Part shown: positions 9,938-23,400 of the stretch, piece by piece
Numbering within the stretch: position 1 is the stretch's first letter
Layout of the letters: each line of letters opens with the position of its first letter
NCBI GenBank assembly: GCA_963815455.1
Contig: CAWFGO010000003.1
Coordinates: 733,782 to 797,781 of the forward strand
DNA: 64,000 bases
Direction: 5' to 3'
Origin: an uncultured Verrucomicrobiae bacterium
GTDB lineage: Bacteria > Verrucomicrobiota > Verrucomicrobiia > Chthoniobacterales > UBA10450
Program-made: the position numbers and the translations under genes
Notes under the pieces: model-generated
The model's input: the letters and a program-made list of their open reading frames with translations, nothing else
Databases searched by the model: none
Told to the model about the DNA's origin: nothing

Positions 9938-12527
9938 TTACGGCAAAGCCGTGCCGAGGTTGGACTTGATCAGTGAAACGTCTGTGCCGTTGATGGCGCC
10001 GTTGGCATTCACGTCCGAGCGGAAGTTAGTCCCATCAACCCCCTGCGCCGAGTCGCCCTTTGGTCTGCGAAACGTCCGCCGAGCTCACCGCTCCATTACC
10101 GTTGCTGTCGCCCACGAGAGCTCCCATCGAAATCATAACGCTACCGAGATTGACTCCATCGCTCACGTTGGATAGCGCGATGCCAAGTCTCTGTGCGTTC
10201 GCCACGCCCGTAAGATTGAGGGTGACTACGTTACCAACCACGGAGGAGCTGCCGATACTCCCCGCTGTCACCGAAGCCGATCCCACCGTGACGGGATTAG
10301 CAAAAGTAACCACGACCTGGTGCGCCCCCGCGCTGTTGCGGTCCTCAACTCCCACTGCGCCGGTGAGCGCCACCTGAGGCAAACCGACATCGAACGTGCC
10401 CGCCCCACCGTGAGTCTTTCGCGACACCGCGGAACTTACGGTCGGCGCGCTGCCGCCGCAGACTGGATTTGCGATTGAGATGTCATCGATCATCACGCCC
10501 ACGGCAGCGACGCTGTTGTCGGAGGCCATGCGCCACCGCAATTGCACGTTCATTCCGTTGGCGGCAGGAGGCATGTTGATCACGCTCGTGACGTACCCTC
10601 CGGAGTTGCCGTTCCACGCATTTCGCCCGGCGATCGGGCTACCAAAAGCGGTGGAGATCGGTCCGGTATATCCTCCACTGACGAAGGTTCCACCCGCCGT
10701 GATGATGTCAGCGAAGGCGCCGCCGGCGATGCTAATCTCCAGCACCTCGCCGTCGAATGTCGACTCCGTGTTGTAGCTATGCTTGAACGTCAGCGTCGCT
10801 CCTCCAGCCGGCACGGCAAAGACTGGCGAGTCCAAATACATGTCTCCGATATTGCTCGGATCGGGAGCAAACGCCTCGTTTGGCGCGCTGTTCGGCGTGG
10901 TCGTCGAGGTCACCCATAGAACTCCGGCAATGTTTGAAGGGCCGAGCGATGTCGTCCATCCAGCCGGCAACGCCGGAGCCACCACCCCATCAAAGTTTTC
11001 CGCGAAAGCAGTAGCGGAACTGCCGGTGACGAATGTATAGTTGAGATTACCGTAGTCGGTTGCCCCGTCCATCATATGCACCGTGGCGGTCACGGTGCTG
11101 CCGCAGGGCAGGGCCGGATCGACCGTGAAGGTGAAGCTGCGAAACACTGCCGGGCTACCCGAGCAAACCGCTCCGTAGTTCTGAGGCCCGGACGGCATCG
11201 TTACGCCGCCGGTTGCCTGCAGGGTGCCGGTCAGTGCCGACGTACAGACTACGCCCGGTCCTCCAACGTTCAGCGCACCGAACGAGACAGAGACGCTTTC
11301 ATTTGGATCGAGGACTCCATTGGGGCCCGCCGAGTCAATGGCTTTACCACCATTGCTGATAATATTTGTCGGCGTGTTAAGGCAGAGCAATTTCTGATTG
11401 TCGGTCGTGCCTTGAAAGGCATCGCAAACTCCCACCGACGTGCAGCGTCCACCCACGACGTAGAAACTACTGCCCAACACCGCACCAGTCATACGGGATC
11501 GCGCCGCCAACATATTAGGCAGCATTTGCCAGGTATCGGTCGCCAGGTCATAAGAAATGGCCGTATTGGAAATATTTGCCGTGACACTTCCGTTGACATA
11601 GCCGCCGGCCAGGACGGCGTCTTGATAAAGAGCCGTGGCTGCGCCCCACCGGGTCTGGGGCAGGTCGGCAATGGCCGCGTCGCTCCAGGTATTTGTCGCC
11701 GGATCGTAACGATAAGTCTTCAAGGAGGCGGCTGATCCTACGCTTTGAATACCACCGGCGGAATAAATAAAGCCTCCCTGGGTCCAGCCGCTGGTGAAAC
11801 TAATCAAAATCGGATAGGCCGCGCCGCTAGACCAGGTATTGGACCCGACGTCATAAATTTCCAACGCTTGGGCCGAAGCGGTTGAGGGACCGGTGCCGCA
11901 CCACTTATAGATCTTCCCGCTCAGATAAACCGCCGAATGGTTCCACGTCCCCACGCTAAATGGAGCCAGCGTCGAATAGGTATTTGACGCGACGTTATAT
12001 CGCCACAACGTCGTTTGAGGTGTGCCCGTGCCGGTTAACGCGCCACCCAGAATGTAGCAATCGATTCCGTCGGTCACTGCGGCCGGAAACTCGACGGCCG
12101 CCGGTAACGGAGCGATCGGCGTCCACGTCGTGCCATCAAATTTGAAGGAAGCCGCGGAAATCGCGCCGCCTTGAACGCCACCGAAGAGGTACATATTGCC
12201 GCCTACCGTCACCGTCGGGGCGTCGAGCAACAGAGCCGGCGCCGCTGTTGCGCTGCTCCAGGTGCAATTAAAAAGCGTATCTCCGCCGGCGGATTCCGGG
12301 GCTCCCCCCGCAACTTTGCCAGTCGAAACGGGAGAAACTGGTTGTGCGTTAATGCCTCCTTTTTGAGCTTCGTGTAAGCTGGCAGCGGGCGACACGCTGA
12401 GAGCATTCATCTCCTTGGGTTTCTCGGCGCGCGGTTGCGCCAGCCCAGGCATGGCGTGGAAAAGATAAACGGGCAGAACTATGGAAAGGACAGCCCCCCA
12501 AACAAACAGTGTTTTGTGCTTAGTCAT
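9938..12527 (-). CDS. Secreted Kelch-repeat protein with jelly-roll module, SRKTHG module and C-terminal dockerin; frameshift near 10040
   Basis: RBS AGGAGA and signal peptide; Kelch GG...Y...W repeats. The second dockerin loop (NFRSDVNANGAINGTDVSLIKSNLGTALP*) continues in another frame to TAA at 9938-9940. Confidence 0.85.
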
Positions 12528-12819
12528 ATTGATTCTCCTGTGGTTATTGTCTGAGATTGCCGAATGCGCCGGCCTGCACCCGCTGAGGCGCCTTCTCTCC
12601 CAAAGAGCCCGCAAAAAGAAAATGCGTGCATGCAATCTGTTATTGTCACGAATTGTCACGAGGCTATTTGGACTAACCGCCGCGTGTCAATCCTTTTTGT
12701 GTGACAAACCGATCGCGGGAAGAGGCGAAACGCTATCCAAACTACGGGGCGCTTCTTCGGGCTAAACTGCGATTCTAGATCGCACGTTCCGCCAGCAAAA
12801 GATCGCGTACCCCGCTGCC

Positions 12820-15800
12820 CTAAGGCAATGCCGTCCCGATATTTGCTTTTACCTGCGCGGTATCCGTGGCGTTGATCGTGCCGTTAGCATTGACGTCGGA
12901 ACGGAAATTCGTTCCATCGATCAATTGACCGATCCGGGATTTGACCTGCGAAACGTCGGCTGAATTTACCGAACCGTTTCCGTTGGAGTCGCCGATCAGC
13001 ACGCTCATCGGAATCACCACATTGCCGGAACCGTTCACGCCAAAGAGCGTAACATTGATTGTTTGGGCATTCGTGACACTGGTGAGCGGCACGGTCACGG
13101 TATTTCCGCTGACGGTGACCATTCCGCCATTGCCAACACCTCCGCTTCCAATATTGCCGCTGCCAGAGGTGACCTGGGCCTGCGGACTCCCGGTCACACT
13201 GACCGAACCAGCGAAAGTAGCGACGATCTGATAATCGCCAGTTGCACCGCCGTTACGACACTCAATTCCCGGTGTGCCAGACAAGGGAAGATTGACATCG
13301 AAATCCCCGGCCGCTCCGTGAGTTTTGCGCGACACAACGCCGGTTGGCACTGTCACTTGGATCGGACCGGAAGGCAACGGCCAGGCGAAAGCGCCACGCC
13401 CGCGGGTCCAGAGCGAAAGCGCGGTCGAGCCGCGATCGATTTGCATGTCCCAGATCATCACGTTGGGCACACCGTTGTTGAAGCGATACCACGCGGGTGA
13501 CGCCACCGTGACATCGTCGGTGTAGTAAAGCCCGAAGTCCGTGCCCGCGAAAACCTGCTGCGGAAAGTTCGGATTCACGATGATCGAATCGACGGGAATA
13601 TTCGGCAGGTTGCCGGATTTATCCTGCCAGGTGGACGAAGCGCAGTTGGCGTCGCAGACAACCCGGAAAACGTGGCCCGGGGTCGAAGGCGTGTTCTCGT
13701 TGAAGCCGCCTACTGCCGCATAGCCGATTGGAGTATTCGCAGCCGCCACCGAAGGATCGAGCGCGATGTTGAGGACGGGGCGGTTGGGCAGGATGGCATT
13801 CCCAGCCGTCACGTTTACCCAGTTGGCTTGGCTCGCAACGCCCGTGCCCAGGTTAAACCCGATCCAGGCATTCCCATCGTTGGTGCCGAGCATCGCCACG
13901 CTTTGGTACTTCGGCGAATACTTGATCTGATTGATAAACGAACGGTTCCCAAGCGTCTGCTTGGTCATGTTCTGAGTCGTTGGAGTGTTGGTAACGACCC
14001 ATGTGTTGGTAGCCGTAGCGCCGGTGATCGTTTCCCACACTCTGGTTGTTCCGGCAATGAGGTGGCCACAACCCGTCGTCGCACCGGCAGGGCCGCAATC
14101 ATCGCCGCCTGGAATGCCACCGTGAAAAAGGTCCCACGGCAAAATGAAAGACTGGGTGTCACCGGTCCACGAACCTCTTCTGCTGGTCCAAGAAGCGCCG
14201 GATGCGGTGCAGTTGCTGGTGCATCGGCTCAGACCGCCGCTGTTATTGCCTTCCCAAAAGCGCAGACTCGTTCCTGTTCCCACCGGATCGATCCGGGCAA
14301 AGAATCCATCGCCGCCCAGACCCTCCTGCCACTGCACCGGTCCGGTTGGGCTGCCCGAAAATGAAACTGAGCTGGGGCCGTTATCCTGGGCGCCGCCGAC
14401 GGCTTGCGGATTAGCCGATGTGGCGAAGTTGCCGCTGATGTCTCCGGAATAAAACTCAATCGTGTTTATTCCGTTATCCATGTTGACCCACGTGTTCCTG
14501 GTAACTCCGATAACCGCCGCGTCGGCATTACTGCTTGAAAAAACGCCGCCGTCGCTGCCCTTCAGCAGGATGCTCGACGAGCCGGACACAAACGCGAGCG
14601 CGTGCTGGTCAACGTGGACGACATTGCCACCGCTATAGCCGCAGGTCAGATCGTAGAAGGCAACGCCGGTGCGGCTGGCCAGCCACACGTCGAAAGTATC
14701 GACAAATATTCGATCCGGATTGTTCGGATCGACAGCGATTCCCTGGTCGTACCAATTCTGCGGGTAATCACCTGCCCCGCCTGAGCAATTCAGGAGCGAG
14801 CCCCCGGCCGAGCCGGTCATGAAGCCCCAGGTGGTGCCGCCGTCTGTGGTAGCCCAGACACCAAGCTGGCAACCGTTGGCGCTCCCGCAACCGCTGTCAC
14901 TGTTAGGGGCAATGGAAGCCACCTGCGCGTAGATGTAATTTGGATTGCTCGGCGCCACGGCGATGTCGATCCGGCCAAGTTGGGTGCCAGTGCTGGTGCT
15001 GACATACGGCGCGCCGCTTCCCGCGTTCATGTTTGCCCCCGTTGCGTAGGGGCTGCCGCTGGCCATGAGTCCGAACACAAATCCATTGTCATTGCGGCTA
15101 ATCAAAGTGAAATCGGAGGGACAACCGCTGGCGGGCACGGTGCCTTTGTAAAGACCGTTCGCTCCGTTCTGATCGAGACCGATCTGCACCGTTGTGGCAA
15201 ACCCGCGGACACCGACCGCCGCGACGATGCGTGTCACTCCCCCACCCATGTTGGTCAACTCGAGGCCGGTAATGTCCTGTCGCTGCGTGCTGAAATTATT
15301 TGTCGTGCAGGGCCCGGTCCAGTTATTGCCACCATCGTAGGAAAAATAGAGCCCGGTCTTTGTCCCGGCGACCACTCTGTTGCTGTTGTTCGGATCGACA
15401 CGCACTTTGCCGACCGCCTGATATTGCGGGAAGGTCCCCGGCGGCAACGAGAACGATGGACCGAAAACGGTGGCGCCCTGCACAATCCAGGTTGCGCCGC
15501 CGTCCGTGGATTTTAATATGCCCTGGGAGCCGAACGAAAACGATCCGTAGTTCAAATCGCCCGTGCCAGCGTAGATTGTGTTGTGGTCGTTCGGATCGAT
15601 CACGATGGTATCGACCGACGTGGTGCTGATCAGTGCGTCGTCGGTGAGCACAGTCCAACTGGTATTAACGTTGCAACAGTTCGTCGTTTTCCAAACGCCG
15701 CCGCCGTCCGTAGCAATGTAGGCAACGATTGAGCCATTGGTCGTCGTGGTTGGGTCGACCGCGATAGCGTTCACGCGCCCCTCGGTTTTTCCGTAATCAA

Positions 15801-16218
15801 AACAGCCACTACAGCCGGTCATCCGTTCAGGCTGAGGCCCTAGCGCGGTGAAGGCATTAACATCGAGTTGAAGCGGCGCGTTTTTACCTCGCCTAAGGTT
15901 CGCCGCCCTTACCCCAAGCGGAATTCGCCGCTCAATGCGAGCGTCCTGGGTCGCCGCGCGACGAATCCACTCAGGATTGAAAACGCCGGTCGGATAGGTC
16001 ACGCGGTTGTGCCATTCCGCTTCCATGCGATCCAGGTCGTCCACTCTGCCATCCGGGACTGGCATATAGCGCAGGCGCTGATCAACCGGACCAGTTTGGC
16101 GTAATGACAGTCCGCCAAAACTCAAAATTGCCAGGAGGATGCCGGCCGAACCGACGGCAAGACCGAGCACAAAGCGTAGATTTACGAACGCTGTTCTAGG
16201 GACGGATTTCTTCTTCAT
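12820..16218 (-). CDS. Secreted BNR/Asp-box (VPS10/GH74-like propeller) protein with SRKTHG module and dockerin
   Basis: Repeated S.DGG.TW Asp-boxes and HVDQH; C-terminal GDSNGNGSVNSAD...DVNANGTINATD. Confidence 0.88.
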   Translation of the reverse strand: MKKKSVPRTAFVNLRFVLGLAVGSAGILLAILSFGGLSLRQTGPVDQRLRYMPVPDGRVDDLDRMEAEWHNRVTYPTGVFNPEWIRRAATQDARIERRIPLGVRAANLRRGKNAPLQLDVNAFTALGPQPERMTGCSGCFDYGKTEGRVNAIAVDPTTTTNGSIVAYIATDGGGVWKTTNCCNVNTSWTVLTDDALISTTSVDTIVIDPNDHNTIYAGTGDLNYGSFSFGSQGILKSTDGGATWIVQGATVFGPSFSLPPGTFPQYQAVGKVRVDPNNSNRVVAGTKTGLYFSYDGGNNWTGPCTTNNFSTQRQDITGLELTNMGGGVTRIVAAVGVRGFATTVQIGLDQNGANGLYKGTVPASGCPSDFTLISRNDNGFVFGLMASGSPYATGANMNAGSGAPYVSTSTGTQLGRIDIAVAPSNPNYIYAQVASIAPNSDSGCGSANGCQLGVWATTDGGTTWGFMTGSAGGSLLNCSGGAGDYPQNWYDQGIAVDPNNPDRIFVDTFDVWLASRTGVAFYDLTCGYSGGNVVHVDQHALAFVSGSSSILLKGSDGGVFSSSNADAAVIGVTRNTWVNMDNGINTIEFYSGDISGNFATSANPQAVGGAQDNGPSSVSFSGSPTGPVQWQEGLGGDGFFARIDPVGTGTSLRFWEGNNSGGLSRCTSNCTASGASWTSRRGSWTGDTQSFILPWDLFHGGIPGGDDCGPAGATTGCGHLIAGTTRVWETITGATATNTWVVTNTPTTQNMTKQTLGNRSFINQIKYSPKYQSVAMLGTNDGNAWIGFNLGTGVASQANWVNVTAGNAILPNRPVLNIALDPSVAAANTPIGYAAVGGFNENTPSTPGHVFRVVCDANCASSTWQDKSGNLPNIPVDSIIVNPNFPQQVFAGTDFGLYYTDDVTVASPAWYRFNNGVPNVMIWDMQIDRGSTALSLWTRGRGAFAWPLPSGPIQVTVPTGVVSRKTHGAAGDFDVNLPLSGTPGIECRNGGATGDYQIVATFAGSVSVTGSPQAQVTSGSGNIGSGGVGNGGMVTVSGNTVTVPLTSVTNAQTINVTLFGVNGSGNVVIPMSVLIGDSNGNGSVNSADVSQVKSRIGQLIDGTNFRSDVNANGTINATDTAQVKANIGTALP

Positions 16219-16427
16219 TGTGGTGATTGAGTTGTGGCGGCGAGAGATTTTTGCCGGCGCAAATGCTATGGCAAACGACCAGTGAATGTCACGCATTTAG
16301 TGAACCAAATGCGGTATCAACAAGCCGCGGTCGCGACAGACATCCGGGCATTCGAAAGCCAGATTCGCATTCGTCTGCGTTTCTCGCGCAGACTGGGCAT
16401 TTCTGGTCCCACGAATCCCAACGATCC

Positions 16428-16664
16428 TCAGGATTTGATCAGTTTATAATCCTCGATCACCGGGTTCGACAATAAATCGCGGCAAAGATCGTGCAGCCGT
16501 TTTTCAAGATCGACATCGTCCCCCTCGGCCTCGATTTCCATGTATTTGCCGATCCGGACGCTGCGTACTTCGGGCATTCCCAAATGCCGCATCGCATCGC
16601 GCACCGCATTCCCCTGCGGATCGAGCACTGCAGCTTTCGGCATCACGACCACTTTTGCTTTCAT
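16428..16664 (-). CDS. purS: Phosphoribosylformylglycinamidine synthase subunit PurS
   Basis: VLDPQG, VRIGKYME and LLSNPVIEDY motifs. Confidence 0.95.
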   Translation of the reverse strand: MKAKVVVMPKAAVLDPQGNAVRDAMRHLGMPEVRSVRIGKYMEIEAEGDDVDLEKRLHDLCRDLLSNPVIEDYKLIKS

Positions 16665-16813
16665 TGCTTCACCATATTTGCCGCTTACGGCATGAACAAG
16701 CGCAATTCCAGAACCATAACACCGTTGATTGTTCAGGGTCGCAATGCGCAAAGGGCGGGCAAGGTCTTACCTCGCCCGCCCCGCAGTTTCGCAAGGGAAA
16801 TGTGCGCTGTTTT

Positions 16814-19800
16814 TTAGGGCAACCCAGTGCCTATCGATGCTTTAACGATCGCCACGTCCGTGGCATTGATCGCGCCATTGGCATTCACGTCCGAACGGAA
16901 GTTTGTTTCCGAAACCGGCTGACCGACCCGTGATTTAGTTTCGGCAAGGTCGCTGGAGGTCACCGTTTTCACCGAGCCACTGCCATTGGTGTCGCCCAAG
17001 AGCCGGCTCATGGGAATAATCAAATTGCCGGTGGCTTCCGGACTATCGCTGACTCCATTTAGGCTAACGAGGATGGTCTGGGCATTGGCCACATTCGTAA
17101 GCGGAATCGTCACGGTGTTTCCGCTAACGGTCACCATCCCACCATTTGCAACTCCACCGCTTCCCACCACTCCGGCTCCAGAAGAGACCTGGGCTTGCGG
17201 ACTTCCCGACACCGTAACCGTACTGCCGAAGGTTACGACTATCGTGTAGTCATTGCTCGCGCCGCCAGTGCGGCATTCGATCCCAGGTGTACCACTGAGA
17301 GGGAGCGCAATGTCGAAATTGCCCGCTCCGCCGTGCATCTTTCGCGAGACTACACTCGTCGTCGCCGGGGCCGCGCAATTAGTCGAACAGACTCGTTGCG
17401 CGATCGCCACATTGTCGATCCTCCAGCCAACGTGGGTCACGGAATTATCCGAGCCCATTCTCCAGCGGAACTGCACCGGCATTCCGATGCCTGCAACCGG
17501 CAGATTGACGGCGACGCTAACGAAGCCACCGGTAATGCCGCTCCAGCATGGCCGGCTCGGCAACAGCGGATTTGAAAAGGCGGTGTTTATCCCGGTATGA
17601 TCATAACCACCTGTGACGAAGCTGCCTCCCGCGGTAAGGATGTCTACCCAGCCCCCACCATTAATGTTGATTTCCAGCACACCGGCGTCGTAGGCCGTCG
17701 TCGCGCTCTGCGCCTCAAGATCGTAGTTCTGTCGGAACATCAGCTGCGATCCTCCCGTGTACATCACGACCGGCGTGTAGATCCGATTATCGAGCAGATT
17801 AGCGGGATCCTGCGTGAAAGCCGCATTTGGCAGACTGTCGGCCACTGGTACGGGACTGCCCGAGTTGGAAGTAACCCAAAACGGGAATCCTCCGGCGTTA
17901 ACTCCCTGGTCCGCCGTCCACCCGGCTGGCAACGCCGGCGCAACAACGCCATCGAAATTCTCCGACAACGTGGCGGCTAACGCCCCCAGGGTGAAACTGT
18001 AAGTCTGGGTACCGAGATCCGTCGCGCCATCCTGGAAGTGAACGCTGGCGGTGACAGTGCCACCGCACGCCCCGCTGGCGGTGAAGGTAAAGGTACGACA
18101 AACCGCACTGCCGCCAGCCACAACCACACCATAATTCTGCGGACTGCCCGGATTGGTCACTCCTCCCGACGCTTGGAGCGTACCGACCAGGTTAGCGGTG
18201 TTCCCTCCACCGGTATTCTGCACACAGAGGCTCACCGCGACAGTTTCGCCCGGATCAATCGCGCCATTGGGAGGGGAACATCCCTCAGCCTGAATCGCGC
18301 TCGTCGTCGCCCCTATCGTAGGCGCGCCGACAATACACGGCGAAACATTCGTGATGCCGCCATCCGAGACGCTAAAATTTCCTGTCGCTGTGCTGAACGT
18401 GTCCTTCGTGACACTGTAAGTATGCATTCCGGGGGCAAGAACTGCGTCGTAAGTGCCGTTGGCCAGCGTGCCTCCGTACACTGCTCCGTCGATGGAGACG
18501 ACAGCGCCTCCCAAATTGGCGCCGCCGCAGATTGTCACGTTGAAGTGGGCCGTGCCTTTGGGCGGCGCGGTGCAGCTTGCGAACTTGAACGCACCGGCTC
18601 GCAAGACCCAGCCCCGATCGCTTGTAGTCGGAACCCACTCGTTGACGTGCCAGAAAGTATAATCGTCCGTCGGGTCAACCGTTGTGCTGGTATAATCGCC
18701 CCAACGATTTCCACCACCGGTCTCTGAACCCGTGCCGACGATAATTGATGCCTCCCCTTGCGGCATCGTGCCGAGTGGGTCGCCAACCAATCTTCCGGTA
18801 TAGGAAACGCCGGGGAAAACCGTGGCACTGGAGACACTATAGCCCAGCGCCATATTGCCTTGATTATCCTCAGTGATACTGCCCATCCAACGATGAATTC
18901 CATCTGTTAGTCCGGGCGCATACGTCCCCTCCTGGAAGATCACCGGACTGCTGTTCGGGCTGCGCAGTTCCCACCACCGAATCCCGGACACTTCCCCGCC
19001 TGGCCCCGTGCCAGCGGACACCGATTGGTTCGTGACGATCGATTCGTAGGAGCCAAAATTACGATAGGCAGCGCGGTGTAACGGACGTTGGCGATAACCG
19101 AGATGATCGATCCGGTTCGCAGTACTCGGCTGCGGAATGCAATTCCGAGAGCCGCCGCACAAAGCGAGGATCGAATTGAATGGAGCTACCGGGACCGTAT
19201 TGGTTAAGCCGAAACTCGACAGACCCGGGTTCACAAAATTGATGACGAACTTCCATAACGTCAGCGCGTCCGATGGCGCGCCGTACGGTCCGTTATCATC
19301 CATCGAGCCGACGAAGTAGGCGGGATTGCCCGCTGGCGGAAGGGTCATACCGTCGAAGTCCACTGGCAGCAACCCGTCGCCGACGTTGGCGCCTGCGCCA
19401 ACCGGTGGCGCCAGAAACGAGATGACCTGCGGATTGGGATTGCCGGACAGGACCTGGGCACGATTGATCGCGTATGCCCCGACCCCGGCAAAACTTGAGC
19501 CGCCGGCGAATTCGCGCGTGCTGATCAGATACGCATTCGGCCAAATGCCGTTACTTGGGATAATCCGGAAAGTTGTTTCCCGTGGTAATGGCGTACCGAT
19601 AATACGATCCAGTGGGATCGGGAGTCGTCGAAACGGCAACGCAGTTGTAATAGGTCGGTCCGGCCGAGGTAAACTGCGAGAGCAACCAGCGATCGGCCAA
19701 CTGATCATAGAGAACAACCGGATCACCAGAGTTCTCCGTCTGACAGGGACCGCCAAACCCGCCCCAAAGCGTATTGTTGGACGCCGGACCGAACACCGAA

Positions 19801-20279
19801 GTGCCGGCCTTATTATAGATCTGGAAACTTAGGTTCGACATCATCACCACGTGATTGGGTCCGACATCTCCGTTCGGGTCGGGAGGCGCGACGCCGCTGC
19901 TATTGCTGGGACCGTTAAAGGTGACGATCGGAGTGGGTATCGCGAGACCGCGTCCAACCGCTGACTGAACCACCGGATCCTTTTGAAAAATCGCACGCAA
20001 AACGCGAGGCACGATGTCGCGGTCTTCGTTCTCACGCAGTTTGCCTGGACCAGGCGGTATCAGTTGCATATCGCGCAAGGCCGGGGAGACATCAAAGTGC
20101 GCAATAGGGGACAAACCGCGAAACACGGCCACACTGGGTGCGTCGGGTTTGAGTATTCCCTTGGGTCTCGTCTGGGCCGAAGCGAAAAAGACGAGGCCGG
20201 CTCCCATAGACAGGAAGGCGACCGCGATTAGGACACGGAGATTAAAAAATGCGGATTGATTGGCGGATCTCTTTTTCAT
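16814..20279 (-). CDS. Secreted modular protein (PPD..GPNH..RWGDY domain, Ig-like and jelly-roll modules, SRKMHG module, dockerin); frameshift near 19552
   Basis: ORF 19551-20279 ends at FPDYPK*. Removing one base gives YPKYGIWPNAY and joins it to ORF 16814-19756, matching its paralogs. Confidence 0.85.
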
Positions 20280-20468
20280 AGGAAGTCTTTCGAACGAGGA
20301 GCAAGATCGTCTTGCCTCAGCGCGAGGCTAGATCAAAGGCCTAATCGATGTCACGCCTTTTTTTTGCGAGAGGCGCCAGGATGCGAACGTCGTTCGCGAG
20401 CGACGGCCGAGCACGGGCCAAGGGTATGGCCGTGCCGGCTCCGCTCTTCCCCGAAGAATTGTTAGGCG

Positions 20469-23400
20469 TTAAGGCGCCAGCGCGCTACCGATATTCGCTT
20501 TCACCTGCGACGCATCTGAGGCGTTAATCGTTCCATTGGCATTTACGTCGGAACGGAAGTTTGAGGCGTCAACCGTTTGGCCGATTCGCGATTTGGTCTG
20601 GCTGACATCGGACGCGTTCACTATGCGATTGCCGTTCGTGTCACCGACGAGGAAGCCGATGGGCACCGTGGCCGGACTCACAGAACCGCCGCTGGTGCTC
20701 AGAGTTAACACTTGTGCATTCGACACGCCGGTCAGGTCCACGATCATATCATTCCCGCTGTAGGAAACGCTGTTCACAGTGCCGGTACCAGCTGCCGGGC
20801 TATGGGCAATGACACTTGCAGTCGCCCCTGTTGGATCCGCCGAATGGCTAAGAACAATGGTGTGATTCCCAGCGATACCGCCATTACCCGAGCGGTCCTC
20901 CACGCCGGATGGACCGGTAAGAGGCAGCGGGATCGAGAAGTTGCCCACGCCCCCGTGGGTTTTCCGCGACACTACACTGGGTGCAGGGGCACACGGGCCG
21001 GGACCGGCGCCGGTACCGATAAGGCCCGAGACGGTGAACTGATATCCCGAGCAACCCGCCAGGCCTGCATTTGCTTCCTGCTGAACTACAACAAGGGTCG
21101 CATTTGCGGGAACGTCCACCGAGAACGTGTTACCGACGGCGCCCGGGCTGCCGCCTGGATCGCCAAGGTAATTGGTGCACAAGTTGGTTGGATCGTAGCT
21201 GGTAAGATACGCGGCCGGGATGATATCGTTAGCCGGAGTTGGGCAGCTTTGCGTGGTTGTTATGGTGACGCACGTCGCTGCCGGGCCGTTTGTAAACGTG
21301 TATTGATCGTAGAGGCGTGCACCCGCACCCAACGGGCCGGGACACGCTTTGACCGTGCCGCATGTGCTGGCGACTCCGTTGCGGCCGAGGCGTCCGTTCG
21401 GCTGCTGCAGATCTCCGGCAGTCAGGGCGCCATTGGTCGTGATGGTTGGAACCTGGCAGGTCGGCAGACTGAAGTTCACTACACTGGAACCTCCGCTGAA
21501 GCTTACCGTCAGAGTAAAGTTAATCGTCGTGCCGCACGCGAATACATTGGAAGTGCTGACAAGAAATGGAGACGCATTCACGGCCACGCCATTTTCATTC
21601 GTATCCGGATACGGTGAATTTGGCTGGGTAATCGTCACGCCCGGAGTAGAAGTCGAAAGCACCGCCGAAACGTTCGCCCCCTTCAAGCAGCCGTCATTCA
21701 AGATCGAAATGTTCAACGCGTTGCACTCATTCGGTTCGAGAATGCCGTTTCCGTTTCCGCCGGCGACGGAGACGGTCGAAGATTGGTAGGCAAACGCGGC
21801 CGTGCCGCTAAGGCATCCATTCTGAATCGTGGTGTTGCCGTTGGTGATCGTGACATTGAATGGACCGATCGCGACGCACTTGTGCGCCGGATCGCTAATC
21901 GTCACTGAATAACTGCCCGGCGAAAGGTTCATCGAATAAGTGCCATCCGGCTTCGTCGCGCTGGAGAATCCGGTAGACGGGCCCCCTGTAACCTGCACCA
22001 GCGCGTCCTTGAGCAACGCCCCGGTATCGCAAGCCGTAATGGTTCCGGCCAAAGTCCCTTGCTGGGGAGCGACCGTGCCGGCGTATTTGAATTTGCCGAT
22101 GCGCGTCTGCCAGGCGAAACCGGCAGCCGGGCTGGTCGAGTAATACTCGTTCGTAACCCAGAAGGTTGCATCGTCCGACGGGTCCAACGACGCATTGCTG
22201 TAGTCCCCCCACCGATTACCGGTCCCGATCTGGACTCCTGTTCCGGCAAACATCGTCGCTTCGCCCTGGGCCAATGTCCCGGGTGGATCTCCGAGCAGTC
22301 GCCCGGCGTAGCTGATCGACGGAAAAACGGAAGAGCTCGATATACTGAATCCAACTGCCAGATTACCGGCATTATCCAGCGCCGTGCTTCCCATCCAGCG
22401 CTCGTTGCTGTCGGGCGAATAGGTTCCTTGATCTTGAATCGAGTACGGGTTGCCCGGAGAAGTTTTCTGCAAAATAAAATAGCGCGTCCCGGCCTTATAT
22501 TGCGCGACCGTCGGGAAAATTCCTGGTGCTGGGATCGTGCCTGCATTGACTGTGAAGCAGGTCGTCAACATCTCAGAGCCTCCCCGATTGACGTAAAACA
22601 GGCGAAGCATCAAACGGTCCCCAATGGTGTCCACATAATCGGCAGCGGTCGCCGGGGCCGGCTCCTCGATATCCGCTCGCCCGCTTGGATTACGCGTATC
22701 GAAGGATGCCAAAGGCAATGGACTTTCCGGACGTTCCAAGAACGTGGAGTTCGCGGGCGTCGCGAAATCAACGTGGAAATTGAACAGCCTGACCGCATCC
22801 GAGGGATCGCCCGCAAAAGCATCATCGGTAAAAACCGCGAAAACGTTGGGGGCCCCAGCCGGAGGCGGCGTTAACCCGCTGAAATCCGTCGGGATCATCC
22901 CGGACGAAGCATTGCTGAGATTCGGGCCGGCGTTGAAATAAACATAGGAAGCGGTGGAATCGCCTACGAGCATCTTCGTCCGGTCGAACGCGAGGCACCC
23001 GAAGCCGTTATAAGGACCACCGTTGGTAAACTGGCGGTCGGTATAATAGTACGCGTCCGGCCATGCCCCGAGCTTGGGATAATCGGGAAATTCGTTCCCT
23101 GGCATTACGAAATCGTAAATCCAATACGCGCCAGTCGGGTCGCCGGTTTTCGAAATGGCAATGGCCGTGTGGTACGGCGGCGAGGTTTGGCTCGTGAAAG
23201 CGAACTGGCTGATTAGCCACCGATTGGCCATTCGATCGTAAAGAACAATCTGGTCACCCGCATCGCCGGCAGCAACAACACCGCCCAGCGGCGCGAAGAG
23301 GCTGCTCAGTTTAAAGGCCGGGCCGCGCGGAACTCCATTCTTGTCCCAAATGCGAACCAGGCTGTTCACTGTTTGCACGTAGTCGTTCGGGCCGACAGCC

